This document shows, piece after piece, positions 38,405 through 49,790 of a stretch of 64,000 nt of DNA (position 1 is the stretch's first letter; every line of letters starts with the position of its first letter). The notes under the pieces are model-generated. The model had not been told where the DNA came from. It saw only the letters and a list, made by a program, of their open reading frames with translations, and made no database searches. The position numbers and the translations under genes were made by a program. This stretch comes from Eledone cirrhosa (taxonomy: Eukaryota): contig OZ024743.1 in the NCBI GenBank assembly GCA_964016885.1, positions 191,022,001 through 191,086,000 on the forward strand, given 5' to 3'.

Positions 38405-40736
38405 TGGCGGGATGGGGAAAATAGAGAATACTATCAAGTGGCCAGGAGGGAAGCTAGGAGATAAGTGTACCTTGCAAGAAGGGAAGCAGAGGAAAGAAAG
38501 TTCAAGCATGTTCTACAACACGAGGACCAAAAACGTGAGGTGTTCAGGAGTGCTAGACAATGTGTCCAGGAAAACCGTGATATTGTCGAGAAGTGTGTCC
38601 GTAATGATGATGTTATACTTACCATCACTGATACTGATAAGAAGGTAGCTTGGTAGTCTCACTACGAGAGGCTACTAAATGAGGAGAATAAGTGGGAAAA
38701 AGAGTCTCCCCCAAATCGATCCAATAGAGGGACCAGAGTGCAAGGTGAAGGTAGTATAATAAGTAAGGCAATCAAGGATATGAAGACAGGCAAAGCAGCT
38801 GGGCCTTCGGAGATAGTTGCTGAAATGCTGAAAGCCTCTGGATCGGTGGGACACACTATGGTCTCCCGGATAGTAAATCAAGTCATACAGAAACAGCATC
38901 ATTAACTGCTACAAGGATAAAGGAGATATCCTAGATAGGGGAAACTATAGAGGCATTAAATTAATTGACCAGGTCATGAAGGTCACTGAAAAGGTTATAG
39001 CGCAATTAATCAGAGAACGAATTGATCTAGATGAAATGCAGTTTGGGTTTGTGTCAGGTAAAAGTACCACAGACGCTTTTTTCCTTGTAGGACAACTACA
39101 GGAGAAGCACCTAGCTAAAAGTAAACCCCTATACTTAACTTTTGTTGACTTGGAGAACGCCTTTGACAGAGTCCCCCGCTCCATTATCTGGTGGGCTCTT
39201 AGAAAACTAGGTGTTGATGAATGGCTCGTGAGAGCTATACAAGCCATGTATAAAGAAACAGTCAGCAAGGTTAGAATTAACAACGAATATAATGAAGTAT
39301 TTAGCGTAAAAGTCGGTGTTCATCAGGGCTCTGTCTTTAGTCCCCTCCTATTTATTATTGCCCTTCAGGTAATAACAGAGGGGTTCAAGACTGGCTGCCC
39401 ATGGGAACTTCTATACGAAGATGATCTAATGCTCATAGCTGAACCAATGGCTGAACTAGAGAATAAATTCCAAACATGGCCTAGAATCAAAAGGCCTTAA
39501 AGTTAACTTGTCTAAAATTAAAGTTCTAGTTTGTAGGAAGGAAAACAGAGCACTCGTCCCCTCTGGGAAACGGCCATGCTCAGTGTGTAGGAAAGGAGTA
39601 GGAAGAAACTCCATTTTATGTCCGAAATGCAAAGTATGGGTGCATAAATGATGTAGTGGGATCACAGGTAAACTAACTAAGAACATAGATTTTATATGTG
39701 GCCGCTACTCAGGTGCAATAAGTAGTAGCAAGTGCCCACAGGATACTAGCTCCTTCCATTGCCCTGATGGTTCTATAGAAATAGTGGACACCTTCCGTTA
39801 CCTGGGTGACAAAATCAGCAGTGATGAAAGTACAGTAACTAGAGTCAGAACGGGATGGAAAAAGTTCTGAGAGCTTATACCACTATTGGCCGCTAAAGGT
39901 TTCTCCCTAAGCATAAAAGGCAGACTGTATGATGCCTGCATACGAACAACAATGTTACATGGCAGTGAGACATGGGCATTATGTGCAGAGGATCTGCGCA
40001 GACTGGAGAGGAACGAAGCATGCATGCTCCGTTGGATGTGTAATAGTAATATACGTGAACGGCAAAGCATAAATGAACTGAGAAATTAGGAATAAGAGGG
40101 ATCAGATGCTGTTTACTCGAGAGAAGACTTCGTAGGTATGGTCACGTGAGGCTCATGAAAGACGACAGCTGTATAAAAATATGCAGGGCGATCAAAATAG
40201 ATGGAAGCTACGGAGTAGGCAGACCCAGAAAAACCTGGGACGATTTGATAAATTCCGACCTTACACACTTACACCTCTCCAAGACAATGTCACTGGACCG
40301 AGATCTTTGGCGCTACGCAGTAATACAGAAGACTTGCCTTGCCTAAGTACAAAGCGAACCTACAGTCAGTAGGCACCTCCTAACCAAAAATACACCCCCA
40401 TCCAGCTACCCCTACCCCACCCCATCTACACCACCCCTTTCTCTGTAAAGTTATGTTGATGCCACAACATCCAGTCCTTAATAAATGAGGTCGTGTAGGT
40501 GTCATAACAACAAAAAACACAGTCCACGCTGTAATGTGGCCGTGTAGGTAACAGGGTAAACACCTCCCAGTCCACACTGTAAACGTGGTTGGTAGGAAGG
40601 GCATCCAGCCGAAGAAAACCCGCCAGACAGTCCTATACGAGCAAATCAACCAATCTTGCCTCACGTGGGACAATTCCAGTCTAAACCCATGCTAGCGTAG
40701 AAGAAAGCCGTTAAACGATGATGATGATGATGATGA

Positions 40737-40740
<4 letters not shown>
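38405..40740 (+). mobile_element. RTE-clade LINE, 5'-truncated, with a PHD-like finger after the RT core and a (GAT)n tail
   Basis: GKAAGPS, NYRGIKL, QFGF, FVDLENAFDRVPR, GVHQGSVFSPLLF, YEDD; CSVC..CPKCKVWVHK*C..C at about 39577-39700; LHGSETW, GRPRKTW; 3' ggaagggcatccagccg and (GAT)n at 40717-40740. Confidence 0.88.
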
Positions 40741-40812
<72 letters not shown>

Positions 40813-40973
40813 TAGGATTGGTGTTCTGAAATAGCGATGTATACATGAATGTATGCATATTATATTTGGTAATATACCGTATGTTTAATTAAAGCATTTT
40901 GAAGACCTTGCGCTATCATTTTAAAGTAGTAACTATGTCACTTACTTCTTTTTTCAGCAAAGGAAGGATAGAA

Positions 40974-41014
40974 GCTGAAAGATTCTGTTTCACACTCTTT
41001 GTGTTCCTCAGAGC
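40974..41014 (-). ncRNA. Type I hammerhead ribozyme motif (one mismatch in stem III)
   Basis: Minus strand: GCU CUGAGGA ACAC aaaga GUGU GAAA cagaaucu U UC AGC. Confidence 0.6.
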
Positions 41015-41053
41015 AACGTACTACCCGATCTCTGCGAAAATTATGTAATTAAT

Positions 41054-41133
41054 GTCCTCAGATTCGTCTTGATTCTACGAAGCAGATTTTCCTAGGAAAA
41101 TCTGCTTCATAGAATCAAGACGAATCTGAGGAC
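41054..41133. repeat. 80-bp near-perfect palindrome centred on cctagg
   Basis: gtcctcagattcgtcttgattctacgaagcagattttcct|aggaaaatctgcttcatagaatcaagacgaatctgaggac; one mismatch. Confidence 0.95.
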
Positions 41134-41212
41134 CTTGCGATTTTCAGAGTCAGCCTCGATCATCACATCGATCGTGCCTCGAGCTGGTCGCCAGAGAAAC
41201 GATTGTAATATT
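41122..41212 (+). ncRNA. Hammerhead ribozyme motif with extended stem II
   Basis: CUGAGGA (41126-41132); stem II cuugcgau/gucgccag enclosing cagc-cucga...ucgag-cug; GAAA; stem III cgauug; UA. Stem I is weak. Confidence 0.55.
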
Positions 41213-42350
41213 TCCAATAAATTTCATTCGTCGCAGCACTGATTCTCTTTTTTTCTAGGATATATATATATTTATTTATAATATATATATATGTATCCCC
41301 ACAATCTATCTTATTTCTCATTCTTTCTCCTGATGAAGGACATTCCTGCTATTTCAAGCGTTAACCTAATATATCCCTTCTTTATACTGTACCGATTGTG
41401 TTGTTATTTCTGTTTACCTTTTACATATATATATATATATACACACATGTGTGTGTGGGTGTGTTTAACGTGTATGTTTATATGCCACGAATTAAGTAAC
41501 AGAGGAACTCAATTCCTGCAGACACTCATATAACTAATATGTAGAGTTACAACTGCAGCTTACAGCATTCCATTATTCAGGTTCCTTTTACTTGTTCTCA
41601 TGTTAGTATATTTCTGAATAGTTCATGTGTTTACGCGTGCAACTGTGTGCGTGTATGTATGTATGTGTATTTGCGTCATTGTGTGTGTGCGCGCGCGTGT
41701 GTATGTGTGAATATTGTATGGAGCCATGTTCCAACAGTACATGAGCCTATTAAAGATATTGTTCGTCTGTTAAATATAGGTTCAATAACCTCTCTTCCTC
41801 ACTCTCTTCCTCTTTCCCCATTTCTATACATTCATATACTCATACTCTCTCTTTTGTTCACTTGATTGAAACCCACAATTACTTGAACCATGCTGACATC
41901 ATAAAAGCTTCACTGTCGTAAAAAACAGCTGGGGTCCAGCAATACAATGAAATTGTTAATAATTCTATATATTTTTCAATTACTATTAGTGACATATGTT
42001 CTGCTGATTCATTGGCCTTTATCACAATGGCGTTATTAAATGACCTTAATTTTAGCTTTGATATAGGCGATACAATATATCAATTTTAAAGATATCAACG
42101 AGAATCCAACAAGTTTCAATCATATCTCAGGAAAGCAGTCGTATACGTTTTCATTCAGGATGAAATAGATTTAGACTGAAATGAGTAGGCCTCGTTGGTT
42201 ATGTCTTTGAAGAAATAGACCACTACTCAATTGGATTGTGGTTGCAGGTTCTTGCCATTGTTAGGCATTGCAACAATTAGAATAATTATCGTTGTAACTC
42301 GGACAGTTTTTGCTATTCCTTATTAGGGGCTTATTTTGATACAAACAGTA

Positions 42351-42351
<1 letters not shown>

Positions 42352-42422
<71 letters not shown>
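42352..42422. repeat. (TATC)n microsatellite, 5' flank of Tx1 element 2
   Basis: Direct reading; the same repeat resumes at 48244-48264. Confidence 0.97.
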
Positions 42423-42655
42423 AAAATCTAGCTGTCGTCTGTTCTACAGTGTGGATGTCATTCACTTCGCACAGAAGTTTTGTTCAAATTTATTGAGGAA
42501 ATTTTGTGAGTTCAAACTTAATTTTGATACAATTGTGTAGCTTGACCCTCCGTCTGAACTGTCAGGCGGTGGGTCAGCTCATCTTTACCCCTCCTAGAGG
42601 TGAAAAACCTGTTTTAAAAAAATTTTGTGTAAAAAATTTCAATCGTCTAACAGAA

Positions 42656-44558
42656 ATGTTAAACGCAGCGAACGAAAATAGTGGTGGGGGGACATCGGTA
42701 AGAGTTGTAAGCTCGCACGCTTTAGTCCTCCCTTCCTTCCCAACTAACGTCATAGAGAAGGAAGGAAAAATTAAAATAAAAACGGACGAATCTGCGGAGA
42801 AAAAATTAAATGACGAAAACATAAATCTGGACTTGGATTCCAACAACGAAAAAAAAAAAATTTGAAAAATTGCATGACAATACTAATAACACAAACAAAG
42901 ACACAACAAACAAAAAAATAACAGTTGAAAATAACACCATATCAGAAAACAAAGCAGACGACAAGATTTCATTTGCACAGAAAACAAAGAAATCTTTGAC
43001 TTATATAGCGGAAAACATTTCAGATGTGGTACGAAGGATCACGGACGCCAAACAATACATAAGTGAAGGTGAGAATGGTATTTTATCGGTAAAAATGCCT
43101 CAAGAATTCACGAAAGACATTGAAAGCCGAACGGTCAAGTTTCGGACCATCAACAACAGTACAAAAAAACCTGAACAGCCTTCTCAAGCAGATATCAAAA
43201 CAGTACTCACAGAAGTACTGAATGAAACAACTTTCATAAGAAAAGACAGACTGTATGGAAGCCTAGCAATTATCATGAAGAACGAATCGGCGGCAAAAAA
43301 ATGTGCTTTGTCACCGATTCGTTCGAAAAATTTCACCTTTTATCCATCTTATATGGGGAAAAGAACTCAACGCATATGGCTGGATGCAATGATGCCAGAT
43401 GTGGACTACTGCTGGCTCATAGCTGGTTTCATCGATCCAGTGAATGACAACGTGATTTCCATTGGGAAAACCACAGGCAATGCGTTCAGTGGAACAGGTA
43501 TAGAGCTGGTAGTACAAATGAAGCCTGAACGCATCGCCCAAATACCCGACAGAATCCTATTAGAGGACCACGGGTATATAAACATTAGCGTGGAGGGGAG
43601 AAGGCCGTCCTGCCATATCTGTGCAGGCAGAGGGCACCTGAAGGCCGCTTGTCCCCAACTCAACAAAAAGAAAACCCTGCTACCAACACCAGCTCCACCA
43701 CCACCACCACAACAGATAAACAAACAACAAAACTCAGTCCCACCCAACCCGTCCCTCAGTAAAACCACAACACCACCACAACACAAACAGTCACAACACA
43801 TTACCCCAAAACAAAATACAGGCCCACCCAACCTCTCACTCAATAAAACAACACAACCACCGCAGACACAACACACAACACAGTCTAACATAGTGACATC
43901 CATCTCCCCCACAAAGAAAACCAACACGGAAACATTACCAGCAAACATACCTCTTCCCTCCAACACTGAAGATAACCCAACGAATTCGGAGGAAGAAACG
44001 GAGTCCTTCAGACAGATTAAAAGGAAAAAAAGAAAACATGTGCAAAACACACAAGGACAAACAACCCCCACCCAAATCGCAACACAATCCAACAAAACAG
44101 AAAACACCCCTCCAGCAACAAACAAAACCAAACCTGCCCCTCCCCTCTTCGAAACACTCACACCATCGGAAAAAAAGACATTACACTATACTTACATCAA
44201 CAGAAACAACAATAAATTAAATGAACTCATATACAATAATCCTTCGGTACAAACCGAAGGTGTAAACTTTGTTTCGTCAGAAAACCACCCACATTTAAAA
44301 CTAATAAAAATCCCAATGAACCTCTACCAAAAACTAAAAAAGGATTTTAAGGAGGACGTAGGACCACCCTCTGTCAAACCCATAAACCGCGTCCTACTAA
44401 AAAGCTTTCCCCCTCCCCTTCCCCTCCCCAACACAACTCCAAACACCCCAACCCCACCACACACTGACGACCCCACACCACCACAAGACACCCCTTCACC
44501 CAACACCCCCGACCCCATGGAAGTCGTGCAACCCGAACCCCGGGAAGCGGAAAGGTAG
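42656..44558 (+). CDS. Tx1 element 2 ORF1 (gag-like, CCHC knuckle); one apparent frameshift in the A-run at about 42850-42860
   Basis: ATG 42656 (MLNAANE...), then ORF 42870-44558 with CHICAGRGHLKAAC and a Pro/Thr/Gln/Asn-rich linker; homologous to element 1 ORF1. Confidence 0.8.
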
Positions 44559-44591
44559 GTCTCTACACTCTCCTTTGGCTCTGCCGCCCAC

Positions 44592-47500
44592 ATGGATGTG
44601 TTAAGAGTAGGATGTTTGAATGCACGTGGCCTGGGCTCAACTTGGAAGCAAGCAAAGCTTCTAAATGACCTCAGGTCATGTAGTATAAATGTAATGGTTA
44701 TCTGTGAGACTCGAATCAGCGTCGTGCGGCAGCTGGCCCCCACCTTCGATGACTTTGAGGTGCATGCATCTCTCTGTCAACCTGGAGGTGGGGGTGGGGT
44801 TGTCGTACTGCTGCAAAAACATCTGGGTCTTGCCGTACAGGTTGTGCACTCGGACCCGGAGGGTCGTTTGTTGGTGCTAGACGTTGGCAGTAGTGAAAGT
44901 GCGGCCTTGAGACTGGTCGCCGTCTACTCCCCTTTCGGAGCTGAACGGCCCGACTTCTTCCAGCGTTTGGAGACTTTTCTGGGAACGTCGCGTTCCCTGC
45001 TTCTAGCGGGGGATTGGAATGACATCCTGGATGCACGTTGGGACTATGCAGGAGCATGTCCTAATAGAGGGGGGTGTAACAGCCTCAAGGGGTTACTCGA
45101 CCGTTTTAACTTGGTCGATAGATATCGACTAGATTTTCCAACTGTGCCTACCTGGACTTGGAGAAACCACAGTGGTCAATCTAGATCGTACTTAGATAGA
45201 TTCTTAGTTAGAAGTAAGGATAGGGACATATTAAGCTGTCCAGAAATGCGCACGGTTGGCTACACGGATCACAAATTAGTGACCTGCGTGGTCAATCTCG
45301 AGAAAACACATAGACAGGGTCCCGGTTACTGGAAACTTAATTTGTCTTTACCGGCAAAAGAGACTTACAGAAACCGGATTAGCAGATTAGTTAAGGAGAG
45401 GTTGACGGGTGCAATCGTCAACAACCGATGGTGGGCATCTCTCAAAAGAGAGATTAGAACAGAATCAATAAGTTATAGCAAGATGTTAGCTGCCGATAGG
45501 AATAGAAACGAGAAAGAATTAACAGGTAAATTAGAAGAGGCAATCAAGAGCGAAGATGTGGCCAGAGTGCTGGCATCGAGGACGGCCTTGAACCAGTTTT
45601 TCGATGCAAAGCACGAAGGCTGCGTCATTCGAAGTAAAATACGTGCTCTAGGTAATGAGGGGGCCAAAGCCGTTGGATGGGCCCGCGTGACAGAAGCTAA
45701 GAGTGGAAATCGATCCACCATCCGGTCGTTGCAAGACGAAGATGGACGAGTGATCCGGGAGCCTAAGCAGATGTGCGAGGCCTTTCAAAAGCACTTTGCC
45801 CGATTGTTCGGGGGAGGCGAGGGTCCGGGCCGGGGCGTGGATTTCGGTCCATACCTCGACGGCCTGCCGCGTCTCTCGAACGAAGAGGCAGAGTCCTGCG
45901 AGGGACCAATCTCGGCTGATGAGATCGGAGATGCGCTGAGCCAATGCAGCAGACGCAAATCTCCAGGTCTCGATGGTATACCTTACGAACTTTATTTAGC
46001 AATGCCGGTCTTCTTCTCCGAACTCCTCGAAGCGGTCTACTGCAATTGGCAGCAGAACGGGAGAATTCCTTGTTCTGTAGCCAAGGGCGTAGTCACGCTG
46101 GTGAGGAAGGACGAGAAAAAGGGGGATAGTATAAATAATTTTCGGCCCATAACCCTGCTAAACACAGAGTTAAAGATTTTGGCCAAGGTGTTAGCAAAGA
46201 GGTTGGCGCTTGTCGTGGGTGGCCTGGTGGGAGATGCGCAGACATGTGCTATCCCATCCAAGTCCATTCACGATAACCTCCACCTCATGCGATACATCAT
46301 AGAGAGGGTTGGCAACAAACCCGGCTTCGGTGGGGCCCTGATCAACTTGGATCAGTCTAAGGCCTTCGATAGGGTCGACCATGGTTACCTGGATGCGGTG
46401 CTAGCGGCGGCTGGGTTCGGTCCTGTTTTCAGAGGCTGGATCACTGCCCTACATAGCAACCACATCTGTTCTAGGATCAAGGTGAACGGCTACCTTTCGA
46501 AGCCGTTCGAAATCACACGATCCATTCGACAGGGGTGCCCTCTCTCCTCCCTTCTGTACGTATTGACTCTCGAGCCTTTACTGAGGAAGTTGGAGTTGTT
46601 GCAGGGTATCCCCCTGGAACCAGGATTGAGCAAAGCGGTGTCGGCCTACGCCGATGACGTAACAGTAATGGTATCAACCGACTCGGAGATCGAGGCGATC
46701 GGTACCTTACTGGAGGAGTACGAAAGGTTGTCAGGAGCGAAACTGAACCGGGAAAAATCCATCGGGCTGCAACTCGAAACGTGGAGAGGCAAACCGATGC
46801 CTCCTGACGGTGTCGTCGGACACTGGACGGAGGGCCCGGTAAAGTTGCTTGGGGTCTGGTTTGGACCGGACCTCCAGGTGGAAAAGAACTGGAACGAGGT
46901 TACGAACAAGGTGTTTGCACTAACCCAGAAATGGGCCAAGTGTAAGCTGTCCCTAAAAGGCCGGGCGGAGGTGGCGAACATTTACATAGCGTCCGTCACT
47001 TACTACCGCCTGACTGTCGTGCCTTGCCCTAAGGAAACACTCACCACCATGGAACGCATGCTCTTCCAATTTCTTTGGAAGAAGCGTCCTCCTATGGTGA
47101 GAAGATCCATCTGCTGCCAACAACCTTCGAAAGGAGGGCTGGGGATGCCGTGGTTGATGATGCGTAGGCACGCATTAAGGCTACGGCACCTACAGGTATT
47201 CCTCACTGGTCAACCGGTGTGGGCTCCGTTCGTGAAACGAGCCTTTCCGAGACTCGTCTCACTCACCGAGCTACAGTCCTGGGTCAAGCAAAGATCCGGA
47301 AAACTGGGAGACTGGCACACTGAGTGTGCTCAGGCGCTCAGGGCTCTCTGGCAAGCGGGCCGGGCCATCGGTGGAGAATCCACCTCATCATTCTATAGAG
47401 GGCTGGTGGCTAGCAGGGGCGATGACACCCTTGGAGAGTCGCTGGACATGGAGGAAGACGAACTGGCCAGCCTGTTCGGTAGGACTTTCGGCCCAGGACC

Positions 47501-48029
47501 AATGGACAACTTCCAGAAGTCACTGGCCTGGCAGTGCTACCGAGGGGCTCTACCCGTTCGAGAGAGGCTCTACAGACACGGGCGCCCGGGCAGGGATCCC
47601 TCAAAAAAGATTTGCCCTAGATGCGTGCGTCACGAAGAAACCGTGGCGCACGCATTGGTGCAATGTCCTGGCGTGGCTGATCTGTGGGGCTACGCCGAAC
47701 AACTGCTGTCGCGGGTGGCGCCGATTAAATTGACCGCCGAGTCCGTGATGACAATCAAACCGCCTCCCCTCTTCACAAAGGAAGCAAAGGCGGTTTTTCT
47801 GTGCGTAATAGCCATGTTGAAAGAGGTTGTTTGGTGGACACGATTGAAAGGTCTGAGGTCAGGCAACTTCCTCTCTGGCCATAGTCTGGTCTACTTCTTC
47901 CGATATCACTTCGGAAGAAGGATAAGAATGGAGAGAGAGGTGCTTGGCCACAGGCAGTTTTATGAAAGGTGGGTGATAGTGGCGAGAATGGCTCGTGTAA
48001 ATGGGCCTTCTCTGTATACCATCCTGTAG
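44592..48029 (+). CDS. Tx1 element 2 ORF2: APE endonuclease, reverse transcriptase and C-terminal zinc finger (1145 aa, intact)
   Basis: LNARGL, CET, GDWN, SYLDR, YTDH; NFRPITLLN, LDQSKAFDRV, RQGCPLS, YADD, KLLGVWF; CPRC...ETVAHALVQC. Confidence 0.95.
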   Translation: MDVLRVGCLNARGLGSTWKQAKLLNDLRSCSINVMVICETRISVVRQLAPTFDDFEVHASLCQPGGGGGVVVLLQKHLGLAVQVVHSDPEGRLLVLDVGSSESAALRLVAVYSPFGAERPDFFQRLETFLGTSRSLLLAGDWNDILDARWDYAGACPNRGGCNSLKGLLDRFNLVDRYRLDFPTVPTWTWRNHSGQSRSYLDRFLVRSKDRDILSCPEMRTVGYTDHKLVTCVVNLEKTHRQGPGYWKLNLSLPAKETYRNRISRLVKERLTGAIVNNRWWASLKREIRTESISYSKMLAADRNRNEKELTGKLEEAIKSEDVARVLASRTALNQFFDAKHEGCVIRSKIRALGNEGAKAVGWARVTEAKSGNRSTIRSLQDEDGRVIREPKQMCEAFQKHFARLFGGGEGPGRGVDFGPYLDGLPRLSNEEAESCEGPISADEIGDALSQCSRRKSPGLDGIPYELYLAMPVFFSELLEAVYCNWQQNGRIPCSVAKGVVTLVRKDEKKGDSINNFRPITLLNTELKILAKVLAKRLALVVGGLVGDAQTCAIPSKSIHDNLHLMRYIIERVGNKPGFGGALINLDQSKAFDRVDHGYLDAVLAAAGFGPVFRGWITALHSNHICSRIKVNGYLSKPFEITRSIRQGCPLSSLLYVLTLEPLLRKLELLQGIPLEPGLSKAVSAYADDVTVMVSTDSEIEAIGTLLEEYERLSGAKLNREKSIGLQLETWRGKPMPPDGVVGHWTEGPVKLLGVWFGPDLQVEKNWNEVTNKVFALTQKWAKCKLSLKGRAEVANIYIASVTYYRLTVVPCPKETLTTMERMLFQFLWKKRPPMVRRSICCQQPSKGGLGMPWLMMRRHALRLRHLQVFLTGQPVWAPFVKRAFPRLVSLTELQSWVKQRSGKLGDWHTECAQALRALWQAGRAIGGESTSSFYRGLVASRGDDTLGESLDMEEDELASLFGRTFGPGPMDNFQKSLAWQCYRGALPVRERLYRHGRPGRDPSKKICPRCVRHEETVAHALVQCPGVADLWGYAEQLLSRVAPIKLTAESVMTIKPPPLFTKEAKAVFLCVIAMLKEVVWWTRLKGLRSGNFLSGHSLVYFFRYHFGRRIRMEREVLGHRQFYERWVIVARMARVNGPSLYTIL

Positions 48030-48242
48030 GTAAAGAAGTAAAGGAGAGGGGAGCACCTTCTCCATGTGCTCCCCGGGCAAAGGATTGCACACTTTTTCGG
48101 GGGTGTGTGCAACCCCCATCACGTCCCCTCCCCTTTGAGGTTATTTTCGATTATTTTCATGTTACACCCTTTTTACTCGATTATATGTAAACTCCCCCTT
48201 TGTATTTGTCCCTTCTTTTTATGCCTTTATGGTAAATAAAGA

Positions 48243-48304
<62 letters not shown>

Positions 48305-48310
<6 letters not shown>

Positions 48311-49258
48311 GAAAAATTGAACAGGGACAGAACAGAGAGGCAGTACGACAAATGTTTATTAAATTCACGCTCAGGAGAGTGGGGGGTAGGTGGAGGACGA
48401 CGTTTCGGGCATAAGCCCTTCTTCAGGTGAGAGTTCAAAAGGTGTGTAGGGGAGTGGTGGAGAGACATATAGCGAAAGGAAACGGTGCGAATGAAAAATT
48501 AACAAATAAAGACAAAAATATAAAAATAATAAATAAAAATAAAGCATGATCAAAATACAAGGAATGAGAACATTTAAAAATAAAGGCATGATCAAAATAA
48601 ACTGAAATTAAAAGGGGGGTAAACAGGTGGTGGAAGGGTGTGGGGTGAGTAGAGGTGGAGGCGGGTGGAGTGGGGAGAGGGAGACGGGGTGTCCGAGCGG
48701 GGAGGGCTGAAGGTGGTGTGTGTGGTTAGGTGTGCGTGTGTGTGTGTGTGTGTGTATGTGAAAGTGAGGGTTGGGGGAAGAACGGGGTTGCATGTTCAGG
48801 AAGGTGTGTGTGGGGGGTGTTTTTGTGTGTCGGAGGGTCTGTGCGTGTGTGGATAGGGGGTGGGGGGAGAGGAATCAGGGGGCTGAGGGTGTAAATATGT
48901 GGTGGGAAGCACGTGTGTGTGGTTTAAGCGTGTTGTGGGTGTGGGTGGCGTGTGGATAAAAAAAATCGTTTTGGGATGTGTGTGTGGGTGAGTTATATAG
49001 GTGATGGTGTTAGAGGATAGTTGAAAGTGGTAAGTTACACGGATGTATGGAGATTTTGGTTGGAAGTCGAACGCGTGTGGGTAATCCAAGAAGCGGTGGT
49101 CGGAAGAGGAGAGATGTGGGGTGCGCGCGCAACAGGAAGTGGTCAGCAGTGGAAGTGCTGTGGTCAGTTGGTGCTGAGACAGTGGTCGGAAGGGCATAGC
49201 AGCAGTCAGCGGAATGGTAGGGAGGCGAGGATGGGTAGGTGTGAGAGTTGGAGTGAGG

Positions 49259-49314
<56 letters not shown>

Positions 49315-49387
49315 TAGTAGGGGTGTTAGTGGGATGAGTGAGTGTGGAGTGGGGAGAGAAGGGTGTGTGAGGTTCTATGGAGGGAGT
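48305..49387 (-). repeat. Downstream pseudo-LTR of the Neptune PLE
   Basis: Near-identical to 53051-54145; differences are mainly (GT)n length and a few substitutions. Confidence 0.93.
48396..48430 (-). ncRNA. Minimal PLE-type hammerhead ribozyme
   Basis: Minus strand: AC CUGAAGA A GGGC uuau GCCC GAAAC GUC GU; palindromic ACGU stem III as in dimer-type PLE hammerheads. Confidence 0.8.
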
Positions 49388-49790
49388 GTGGTGTACTGGT
49401 GTGTGTGTGGTTTGGTGAGGAGGTGTTAGTGGGTGTTAGTAGACGGGAGGTGGGGAGGGGTGGAATGCAGGTGTGAGTGGGGTTTAGTGGGGGTAGGGTG
49501 TGTAGAGTTGGTGGTGTACGAGGGTGTGTGGGTACGTGTGCGTGGGGTTGGAGGGTGTTAGTGATGTTAGTTGCGTGTGGGGTGGGAGGTGTAAGTGTGT
49601 GCGTGTGATAAGGAGGGGGGAGGAGGAGAAGAGGGGAGGGAAGGGATGTTAGTATGTTAGTTGGGGAAAGGTGGTCAGATGAGGGGTGGAGTGGAGGTGT
49701 TAGTATTGTTAGTGTGGGGTGGGCGGTGAAAAGGAGGGGTGTGTTAGTGGTGTTAGTGGGGGATAAGTGGGGGAGGGGCGCGGTCGAACG

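Larger units (their letters stand above)
42423..48243 (+). mobile_element. Tx1/L1-clade non-LTR retrotransposon, element 2, full length, inserted in (TATC)n
   Basis: 5' UTR, ORF1, intact ORF2, and 3' UTR ending ggtaaataaagaa directly before (ATCT)n. Confidence 0.93.

Noticed and set aside
39640-39660. Selenocysteine at the TGA in the RTE PHD-like finger
   Set aside because: It falls at an Arg/Lys-type position just before the Cys, and the element has several other stops, so ordinary decay is more likely.
41326-41350. Extra hammerhead start ctgatgaagga-cat-tcc
   Set aside because: No GAAA or stem III follows, so it cannot be supported.
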